From NCBI GenBank assembly GCA_043718245.1, contig JAYSWB010000029.1, positions 1 through 47,048 of the forward strand: DNA of 47,048 bases, written 5' to 3'. Below, in pieces: positions 35,642-43,690 of this stretch (the stretch's first letter is position 1; the number at the start of each line of letters is the position of its first letter). The position numbers and the translations under genes were made by a program. This DNA comes from a bacterium. GTDB lineage: Bacteria; Patescibacteriota; Minisyncoccia; Phycocordibacterales; CAIZLB01. Under the pieces are notes generated by a model. That model ran no database searches, was not told where the DNA came from, and worked only from the letters and a program-made list of their open reading frames with translations.

Positions 35642-37132
35642 ATGTACTGGGCGAACTTTTTACACATATATCAGCCGGCGGATCAGCAAGCTGACGTCTT
35701 GGAAGCGGTTGTTACCCAATGTTATAGACCATTGTTGACGCATTTGCGGGATAATAAAAATGTTCGTCTGACTTTGAATATTAATGGGTCGCTGATGGAA
35801 CTTTTTGATAAATATGGATATCACGATTTAATAGAAATGATGAAGGAAATGGGGAAGGATGGAAGAATTGAATTTACCGGTTCGGCAAAATACCACGCTT
35901 TTTTGCCATTTTTAGAGAAAGAGGAAATTATTCGTCAGATAAAAATGAATGATGAAACGAATCGCAAATATTTGGGGGATTCATATAATCCAAAAGGCTT
36001 TTTCCCGCCAGAGATGGGTTTCAAAGAAGAGCTGGTGCCAATTATTGAAAGCCTTGGATTCAAATGGATTATTCTTGATGAAATTTCCGCATATGGCGAA
36101 CCAGAGCGTGTTGATTACACCAAAATTTACAAAATAAAAAACAGTAATTTAAAAGTTTTTTTCCGTGAGCGCCGATTGAGTAACTTGATTATGGGAGCGG
36201 TGGTTCGTTCAGCAGAAACTTTGGCTGATGCCATGAAAAGTGACCTTGAAAGTAAAAGGTATATCCTGACAGGAATGGATGGGGAAACTTTTGGACACCA
36301 CAGACCAGGGCTAGAAAAAATGCTTTTTGAAGTTTTTAAAACTCCGCAATTTAAATTGGCGAATATTTCTGACTTGATAGATTTGTATAGTGATACAGAG
36401 GAAATTATGCCCGTTGCGTCTACTTGGGCAAGCAGCAAGCAAGACATAGAAAATGGTATCCAGTTTATTTCATGGGCCGATCCAGAGAATGAACTTCATA
36501 CAATGCAAGGAAAATTGTTCGAGATGGTTTTAGCCGAGGTTAAAAAAATGGACAATAGATTACCTGAATATGAAGAAGTTCGAAAAAAAATGGATAAAGC
36601 CGAAGCCTCAGACCATTTTTGGTGGGCTTCGGCCAAACCTTGGTGGAGTATGGAAATGATCGAGGACGGTGCGTATCGATTACTTGATACTGCAAGAAGT
36701 ATTCCAAATATTGGTAAAGATATTTCTGATAAGGCCAGCGAATTATACGAAAAAATAGTCTCTACTGGTTTTCATTGGCAAAGATCAGGAAAAATTCGCG
36801 AAATGTCACGTGCCCAGTACGCTCTCCAGAGAATTCCTTTTAGAGACAGAGTAGTGGGGCAAGGTTACACTGAAGGTGTCTATGAAGCTTTCATTGATAT
36901 GATGAAAAGTCTTGAAAAAGAAGCTGCGGCTACTGGAGAATACGAGAAGGCTACTTTGTGGAGAGATGCCGTTTTTAAACTTGAAAATAAACTTGATATT
37001 TATGACACTGTGAGTGCGGTAGATCTCCTTCGAATTCAAATGCCAAGTGAGAAAATAGAAGAGACTCTTAAAAAATACAAAGAAGAGTACACGCAGATTC
37101 GAGGCGGGCAACCCGAACAGCGCGGAGCTTAA
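35642..37132 (+). CDS. glycoside hydrolase family 57 protein
   Basis: N-terminal FLHIYQP and GMDGETFGHH resemble GH57 catalytic-region motifs. Lies between glgA and the phosphorylase gene. The ATG at 35642 is preferred over 35618. Confidence 0.7.
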   Translation: MYWANFLHIYQPADQQADVLEAVVTQCYRPLLTHLRDNKNVRLTLNINGSLMELFDKYGYHDLIEMMKEMGKDGRIEFTGSAKYHAFLPFLEKEEIIRQIKMNDETNRKYLGDSYNPKGFFPPEMGFKEELVPIIESLGFKWIILDEISAYGEPERVDYTKIYKIKNSNLKVFFRERRLSNLIMGAVVRSAETLADAMKSDLESKRYILTGMDGETFGHHRPGLEKMLFEVFKTPQFKLANISDLIDLYSDTEEIMPVASTWASSKQDIENGIQFISWADPENELHTMQGKLFEMVLAEVKKMDNRLPEYEEVRKKMDKAEASDHFWWASAKPWWSMEMIEDGAYRLLDTARSIPNIGKDISDKASELYEKIVSTGFHWQRSGKIREMSRAQYALQRIPFRDRVVGQGYTEGVYEAFIDMMKSLEKEAAATGEYEKATLWRDAVFKLENKLDIYDTVSAVDLLRIQMPSEKIEETLKKYKEEYTQIRGGQPEQRGA

Positions 37133-37137
37133 ACAAA

Positions 37138-38754
37138 ATGAAAGACTGGCTTAAACAATTTAGAGAAACCGAACAATACACCGCTTTACAAAAAGATCCT
37201 GTAGCGTATTTCTCAACTGAATATGCAATTTTTAATGATCGGAGGTTTTACGCTGGAGGTCTTGGGGTTTTGGCTGGAGATTACTTTTTAGAGATGGCAG
37301 AACAGGAATTTCCTGTGATATGTATGGGACTTTTTTATCATAATAATAATGGAAAAGCGGAAGATTTTGGATTAACAAAAGTCTTGGACAAAGAGGGAAA
37401 GGTTTTAACTATTTCACTCCCACTCGGTGATCGTGACGTTCTAATTCAGGCATGGGAACTTAAAAAGAATAATGCAAGAATGATTTTAATGGATACAAAT
37501 ATTGAAGGGAATCACACTGAAGACAAAGGGATTACTAATGTTTTGTATGATGAAAATCACGATGTGCGGTTGATGCAGGAAATCCTTCTTGGGATTGGGG
37601 GGATGAGGCTCCTTCGGGCACTTGAAATTCATCCTTCAGTTTTTCACATGAATGAAGGACACTCGGCATTTTTAGCGTTGGAATTGATACGTCATGAAAT
37701 GCGAAGACACAGTCTGACTTTTGCAAAAGCTTATCAATACGCCCGTCAACACATTGTATTTACAAACCATACCCTTGTCCCAGCAGGGCAGGAGATTTTT
37801 GCAGATGATAAGGTCAATTTTATGTTGAGAAAGTTTGCTGAAGAGATTGAAGTCACATTGGGTGTGATAATTGCATTAGGAAAAATTCCAGGACAAGAAT
37901 TATTTTCAATGACTAATCTTGCGTTGAACATGTCTTCCAAGGTTAACGCAGTTTCGGTCCTACATTCGATCAAAGCGGGCATTATGTGGAAAGATTTTAC
38001 TATCGAGGTTGTTACAAATGGAATAAATGTAAGGCGATGGGACGCGGTAGAGGAAATGGAAATTTGGCAGAAACATCAGGAAAACAAGAAAAAACTAGTT
38101 GAAGAAATTAAAAAGCAAACCGGGAAAGTTTTTGATGAGGACGTCTTGCTTCTCGGGTGGGGACGTCGCATGGTGGAATACAAGCAGCCACTGGCAATAC
38201 TTTCAGATGTAAAAAAGTTTAAGGAAATTGCATTAAGAGAAGGGAAGAAAGTGCAGATTGTTTTTTCAGGACCAGCGTGGGCTGACAATCCGTATTTAAA
38301 GACTTTGCTACAGTATGCAGAAAATGAATTAAAAGATATTTTAGTATTTTTACCAAATTATGATTTAGAGCTTTCAAAAATGTTGGTTGCAGGCTGTGAC
38401 GTGTGGCTCAATACTCCGATGATTGGAAGAGAAGCCTGTGGAACAAGCGGGATGAAGGCATGCTTGAATGGAACTTTGCCACTATCAACAAGAGATGGTT
38501 GGGTGTACGAGACGAATCTTTCACAAATCGGATGGGTGATTGGAGAGGATAGAAATTTAAATGAAGAACTTTTGAAAATTTTAGAGAATGAAATTGTGCC
38601 CGCATATTATGGTCCGAAAGAAGATTGGGTTTCGAGGATGAAGAATTCTAGGGAGTTGATTTTGGAAAAGTTCAGCGCGACGAGGATGCTGGTTGAATAT
38701 ATCGACAAGTTTTATTTACCGGTGTTGAAGAATGAGGTGCATACTGTAAAGTAG
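37138..38754 (+). CDS. glgP: alpha-glucan (glycogen) phosphorylase, GT35 short form
   Basis: VAYFS.EYA, GGLGVLAGD, HMNEGHSAF, FTNHT.VPAG and EACGTSGMKA..NG. Confidence 0.85.
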   Translation: MKDWLKQFRETEQYTALQKDPVAYFSTEYAIFNDRRFYAGGLGVLAGDYFLEMAEQEFPVICMGLFYHNNNGKAEDFGLTKVLDKEGKVLTISLPLGDRDVLIQAWELKKNNARMILMDTNIEGNHTEDKGITNVLYDENHDVRLMQEILLGIGGMRLLRALEIHPSVFHMNEGHSAFLALELIRHEMRRHSLTFAKAYQYARQHIVFTNHTLVPAGQEIFADDKVNFMLRKFAEEIEVTLGVIIALGKIPGQELFSMTNLALNMSSKVNAVSVLHSIKAGIMWKDFTIEVVTNGINVRRWDAVEEMEIWQKHQENKKKLVEEIKKQTGKVFDEDVLLLGWGRRMVEYKQPLAILSDVKKFKEIALREGKKVQIVFSGPAWADNPYLKTLLQYAENELKDILVFLPNYDLELSKMLVAGCDVWLNTPMIGREACGTSGMKACLNGTLPLSTRDGWVYETNLSQIGWVIGEDRNLNEELLKILENEIVPAYYGPKEDWVSRMKNSRELILEKFSATRMLVEYIDKFYLPVLKNEVHTVK

Positions 38755-38790
38755 GTCTGTAAATCGATACAGTTATTTTGTAGTCATTAA

Positions 38791-38821
38791 AAAAACCGCC
38801 GCCTTTACGCGGAGGTTTTTT
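38791..38821 (+). terminator. rho-independent terminator
   Basis: CCGCCGC-ctttac-GCGGAGG (one mismatch) followed by T6. Confidence 0.6.
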
Positions 38822-38840
38822 CTTTCCTAATCTTTTCTAA

Positions 38841-39227
38841 CTAAAGTCCGTTAGTTCCAGTCATCAACATCACTCCACTGTGTGGAGAAATGTCACTGGC
38901 ATTCATCGCAGCTGCTGCAGAACCTGCATTTATAGTTTTAACATTTCCATAAATATTAATGTACTGATATGTTCCGGCAGTAGCGGGTGTAGATACAGGA
39001 TAGTTCACAGGAGTAGTTACAGTATTATTCACAGAGCCTGAGACAAGCATCACTCCACTGTGTGAGGCGATGTCGGCTACAGTCATTGCCTGAAAAGCAT
39101 TATCTGCTGTTACAACTGAGACATTTCCGCTAGTGTTCACATATTGATATGTTGCAGCTAGTGAAAGTGTCGGTGCCAGAGTCATGATTGCACCCATCAA
39201 AGTACCCGTAATTAGTAGTTTTTTCAT
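38841..39227 (-). CDS. secreted protein with two tandem ~45-aa repeats
   Basis: Signal-peptide-like N-terminus. The repeats are ATYQYVNTSGNVSVVTADNAFQAMTVADIASHSGVMLVSG and GTYQYINIYGNVKTINAGSAAAAMNASDISPHSGVMLMTG. Confidence 0.5.
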   Translation of the reverse strand: MKKLLITGTLMGAIMTLAPTLSLAATYQYVNTSGNVSVVTADNAFQAMTVADIASHSGVMLVSGSVNNTVTTPVNYPVSTPATAGTYQYINIYGNVKTINAGSAAAAMNASDISPHSGVMLMTGTNGL

Positions 39228-39418
39228 AGTATTGTAAGGTTGTTTTAATAATTTGACCTTCAGTACTAAAGCCGACCGAGGTGAGTTTGTATGACAAGGG
39301 GGGTTGGGTTTTTTTGGGGGTGCCGTCGTAGAGGAAGTTAGAACTATATTTGAGAAAAGGAATGATGCAACGATCTACATTCCTGACATGCAAAGTATAG
39401 CAGTTTTAGGGTAATTTT

Positions 39419-39490
39419 GGCTCTTTTTGGCCTAATCTGGCTTAGCGTTAGGGTGAAAAAGGGCAAATTAGGGCAAATAGGTGCAAAAAA
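39419..39490. repeat. phased 10-bp tandem units (GG-start, A/T-tract end)
   Basis: GGCTCTTTTT GGCCTAATCT GGCTTAGCGT ta GGGTGAAAAA GGGCAAATTA GGGCAAATAG GTGCAAAAAA. Confidence 0.7.
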
Positions 39491-39502
39491 GAACACTTCT
39501 CA

Positions 39503-41476
39503 CTAGCTTTCATCAATGGCTTTGATAATTTCGAACACCCTTCCCACTTCCTTTTCCTTGGCTAAGTAGTCAGCGTACATCTTATGCGCATTTTGAATTA
39601 GCTCCTGATAAAGCACAACTCTGATGTTCTTCACGGCCAGGGACTTACTTGATTCATCTCTTTTTTGTGCATTTTTCCAATCGGAGAGCTTCTTTCCAAC
39701 AATACACACAACCTCAACTGGTTCTTTAATATTGGCGGCATCAAGGATTTCCGAGAGCTTGTCTCTATACTTTTCTACCTGTCCGAGTAACTCTGAAGTA
39801 CTGACCGTTCTGTCTGGTCTCTTTAATTCAATGATGATATGTTTACCGGCTGAATTCTTATATCGGATATCGACACGACCATCTTTCTCATCACCTTTTG
39901 CCTTGGCATTCAACTTATTGAAAGCTGTCTTCACCTGCTGTTCAAGATATGGCGCTTCTGTAGCTCGGTCCCAAGAGGGATCAAGTAGCCAAAGATTATC
40001 GTAGAGATGTTGCTGGACCACTTTTTCCAGAGCATTATCTTCAACTTTCTCCTGAAGTGCCTTAATAACAACCACCCTGGCTTTTGTGATTTGATGATAT
40101 AGTGTTGCTTCAATGTCATTATGCTCACTAAAAATCTGTGTGAACAAAGCCACATTTGAAGGGTTCATATTTTCGAGCGCATCAAGATTTTCTCTGTAGT
40201 TCAAAGTCTCAAATGCAAGAATCGCGTGCTTGAACAACGTCTTTCGCTGATCGTCTGATTCAAGTGTGAGCTGATTGATTTTTCCAAATAGTGACTCGGC
40301 TTTTTTCTTTTTATCTCCTTTCAGACCGGAGAACCATTGTTTTATAACCTTATTTTCTGTCGCTTTTTTAACACCCTCTTTATTTCTTAGGTCAGTCCAC
40401 TTTGATTGCACGTACTTCAACTCCCCATTGATGAAAGCCAGCAATTCCTTATATCTTGGATCATCGTTTATTATGCTTTGTCTGCTTGTCGTTGCGATAT
40501 CTTCCTCATCATCAGTATCCAAAAAATCAGCGTGGATTTCTCCAATTATATACTTAGTGTACATTCCACCTTCAGCAAAACTTTCCATGATGTCTTCCTG
40601 AGCAAGCTTTCCACGAACCATCACTACGATCTTATTAAGATTGTCCTCACCATCCTTCAAATCACCTGATGAATTGACGGTACCAATCCATCCAGTCACC
40701 TTTACTTTTTTACCCCTGATTGTTAGCTCACCATCTCTTTTTTCCTTATGTTCTACTTTTTCAGAACAGTGATCGGCATACTGTTTGCTGCTTGAACCGA
40801 AATACCAAATATATTGGAGCTTATGAAAATAATCCCGATCAGTGATTTTCACTTCAGAAGAATTAATGAGAACAGAAAACTTATTCTCACTTCCAAGAAC
40901 ACTAAAGCGTCTTGCCACTCTCTTTTTTAGAGCTTCGTCCGTACCTTCTGTCACATTCCTCTTGAGCTCAGAGATCGTTATCCTTGTACCATTCTTTGTA
41001 AGAGATATATTTTTAGGATCTATAGGCACAGGATGATACGTTCCCATACCTCCGGAAGCTTCCAACTGCTTCTCGATTTCGCTTGCGATCAAAACTAGAC
41101 CGTTCTTCTCACCCTCCTTGTAGGTTTCAATTTCAATTTTATTAGCTATAGAAAACAGAGATAGTTTTCCGATACCCTTTCGACCCATAACAGGACGCTT
41201 ATATTTTTTGGTAACTGACATACCAGCCTTCCTTCGATCGTATCCAACAGTAAGGTATTTATCATTGATGTCATCAAGAGACATGCCATGTCCGTCGTCC
41301 TGAATCAATATTTTTTCTTTTTCTGTGGAAATCTCAACCTTAGTCGCATCGGCATCCCAAGCATTCGCAACAACCTCGGACAAAACCGCAGGGACGTTAC
41401 TATACAATTTTATGCCTAAGTGATTGAGTACATTTAGGCTAATTTTTATTTGATATTTTTTGTCGTTCTTTTCCAT
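39503..41476 (-). CDS. GHKL (HATPase_c, MORC/MutL-like) ATPase fused to a PD-(D/E)xK-like nuclease domain
   Basis: N box EVVANAWDADA, G1 box IQDDGHGMS, G2 box GRKGIGKLSLFS. C-terminal GRVDIRY...KHIIIELKRPD gives a D...E-x-K arrangement. Confidence 0.7.
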   Translation of the reverse strand: MEKNDKKYQIKISLNVLNHLGIKLYSNVPAVLSEVVANAWDADATKVEISTEKEKILIQDDGHGMSLDDINDKYLTVGYDRRKAGMSVTKKYKRPVMGRKGIGKLSLFSIANKIEIETYKEGEKNGLVLIASEIEKQLEASGGMGTYHPVPIDPKNISLTKNGTRITISELKRNVTEGTDEALKKRVARRFSVLGSENKFSVLINSSEVKITDRDYFHKLQYIWYFGSSSKQYADHCSEKVEHKEKRDGELTIRGKKVKVTGWIGTVNSSGDLKDGEDNLNKIVVMVRGKLAQEDIMESFAEGGMYTKYIIGEIHADFLDTDDEEDIATTSRQSIINDDPRYKELLAFINGELKYVQSKWTDLRNKEGVKKATENKVIKQWFSGLKGDKKKKAESLFGKINQLTLESDDQRKTLFKHAILAFETLNYRENLDALENMNPSNVALFTQIFSEHNDIEATLYHQITKARVVVIKALQEKVEDNALEKVVQQHLYDNLWLLDPSWDRATEAPYLEQQVKTAFNKLNAKAKGDEKDGRVDIRYKNSAGKHIIIELKRPDRTVSTSELLGQVEKYRDKLSEILDAANIKEPVEVVCIVGKKLSDWKNAQKRDESSKSLAVKNIRVVLYQELIQNAHKMYADYLAKEKEVGRVFEIIKAIDES

Positions 41477-42533
41477 TTTTCTGTAGATGCTGTTTTATAC
41501 TTTGACCTATAACTTCTCCCAATCTAACAGGAACTGCATTACCAATAAATTTTGCCACTTGAGCAACAATAATTGGTTCGTTTGAAGGGACAAACTGGTA
41601 GTCCTTGGGGAAGGTTTGGAATATAGCCGCTTCACGAAGACTTATGGCTCTGTTCTGCTTTGGATGACCGAATCTACCATTTCCAAGACCTACGCATTGA
41701 GTCGTCATGGTAGGGGCAGGCTCATCCCACCTCATTCGCCCATATACAGTACTGCTGTAGGTCTTTCCTGATTCTTTCTTGTGGCACTCTAACACCAAAT
41801 CGTCAGACCAGCTATCTGAATTGCCTCCATCATGAGGAGTAGCTTTAATACGTCTCAAATTAACTGGAGCGAGCTTTCGTGATCGATGTAGAAGATCTTT
41901 TTTGCTTGTCTCTCCATCCTTGATTGGTTCAAGGTCTTTAATCACATCTCAAACAGTGACTCGATTATCCTTATGGGTTCTTTTAATCAAAGAAATCTCA
42001 CCCAGCTTGGAAGCAAGTAGAACTAATCTTCGGCGTCTTTGTGGTACTCCAAACTCTGACACATCAACAACTTCATATTTATATTTATATCCATTATCTT
42101 CCAAGGTCTTAAGAAAGTTTGCAAAAACAGGATATTTATTAGTGTCAGCTAGGCCGCTTACGTTTTCCATAGAAACAACATCCGGTTGAGTCTGCGCAAT
42201 AAGCTGGGCAAACTTTCCTAATGGCTCAAGTTGTTTTTGTGTAACTTCTTTTAAATTTAATTTCGAGAAGGGCTGACAGGGTGCGCAACCTGCAAGCACT
42301 CGAATTGAATCTTTTTTTGAACCAAATAATTCGTTCACCTGATCAGCAGTAACCTTGAGAATATCTTTGTCGATAAATTTTGTTTTGTTGTTGTACTCGT
42401 ATCCAAATTTACACGACGAATCATTATCGATGCCAGCCACAACATCCAAACCTTCTTTTATGAGACCGTGCGTCAAACCGCCAATACCGCAGAATAAATC
42501 AATGACTTTAATTTTTTTACGATTTGAGCTCAT
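41439..42533 (-). pseudogene. DNA (cytosine-5) methyltransferase interrupted by one in-frame TGA (41949..41951)
   Basis: The upstream part has motifs I FCGIGG, IV PCQPFS, VI ENV and VIII QRRRR. The downstream part, in the same frame, has RAISLREAAIFQTFP (IX) and GNAVP (X). The ATG at 42533 is preferred over the GTG at 42542. Confidence 0.8.
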
Positions 42534-42561
42534 TAGTAACACTATTATAATCTGAAAACAC

Positions 42562-43683
42562 TCAATTAGCGATATTTAAATTATTTTTCTTCTCGTGGAC
42601 CAACTCCAGTAGATCTTCTTCACGTTCATATCCTCGTAACCTACCGCTCAACATCCCTAACCGGTAATCGACCCCATCACTCATGAGCTTCCAGTTGGTG
42701 CCATTGAGAGTCGTTTTAATTGACTTCTTCAAATCAGACATGCTGTCATATTCTTTTCGGTCCTTAGAGTCATGAATTGAGAAAGAAACAATAATATCCT
42801 TCTTGGTTTCTGGCGTTTGAAAATGAAGCTTGATATAACCTCGAGCTTCTAAAGCAGGACTAAGCAATTCCTCAACTTCAATTATTTTCAACTTCTTCAA
42901 CTTTGCTACTTTTTCATAAGATTCTTTATTTACTTCTTTTTCTTCAATCTTTTTCATTGTCTCAATAGCAGCTTTCATATGATATTTGTAGTCTACATAT
43001 TTCTGACCTTCTTCTTGAGAAAGACAGAAGCGTGCCCGATCTCTTGCAAAATGAGGATCAACCTTATCTTTCGTCACTGATAATTCGAATTCGCTTTTTT
43101 TGCTAAACCCACATTTCAAACATTTGTCGGTAGATATAATTTTATTCCTTATCTTCTTTTCAGGAGTATGTTCCAGTTCAGCGCCACATTTAGGACAAGG
43201 GCTCGACCTAGACTTCCATTCTTCTCCATCACTATAGAAAGCTCTGCGCGGCACATGTGTAAGCGGACAATCATAGAAAAATAGGACCCGATCTTTATCC
43301 TTGTCACCCATCCACAAATGCTTTGACTCAACAAACATGAGTCGGCCACAAGTGAGGCAGGTTATATTTTCTGGAGCTTTTGCTGACTCAAAGATTTCAT
43401 CTCTTTCCTTGTCTCTGTCCATCCATTTACGAATAGTCTCCTCTTTACTAGCATATCGTTCACCCTTGGTGAAATACATGAATAGATTGTTGGCGAGCAT
43501 AACAGCACTCCTTTTTTCCTTTTTAGATAAATCGTCTTTATCATCTTCAGGTAATTCATGATCCCGAGATTCTAAACGACGGCACTCTTCAACAGTATGT
43601 TTATCGTATAAGTCTAAATAATATTGGTCAGATTTTAAGTATTTTGTTTTCTCTGTTTGGTCCATATCAATGATAATGACCAT
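42562..43683 (-). CDS. hypothetical Zn-ribbon protein
   Basis: About 373 aa from the ATG at 43683. Contains CLTCG, CPKCG and CLKCG pairs. Otherwise charged/helical, with no family recognised. Confidence 0.45.
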   Translation of the reverse strand: MVIIIDMDQTEKTKYLKSDQYYLDLYDKHTVEECRRLESRDHELPEDDKDDLSKKEKRSAVMLANNLFMYFTKGERYASKEETIRKWMDRDKERDEIFESAKAPENITCLTCGRLMFVESKHLWMGDKDKDRVLFFYDCPLTHVPRRAFYSDGEEWKSRSSPCPKCGAELEHTPEKKIRNKIISTDKCLKCGFSKKSEFELSVTKDKVDPHFARDRARFCLSQEEGQKYVDYKYHMKAAIETMKKIEEKEVNKESYEKVAKLKKLKIIEVEELLSPALEARGYIKLHFQTPETKKDIIVSFSIHDSKDRKEYDSMSDLKKSIKTTLNGTNWKLMSDGVDYRLGMLSGRLRGYEREEDLLELVHEKKNNLNIAN

Positions 43684-43690
43684 TTTATAA

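Noticed and set aside
41943-41951. In-frame TGA of the methyltransferase as evidence for genetic code 25 (UGA = Gly, as in Gracilibacteria/SR1)
   Set aside because: TGA closes well-formed genes at sensible lengths elsewhere, for example 14143..14985 and 21066..22694. All other long conserved ORFs are uninterrupted. The standard code fits the window.
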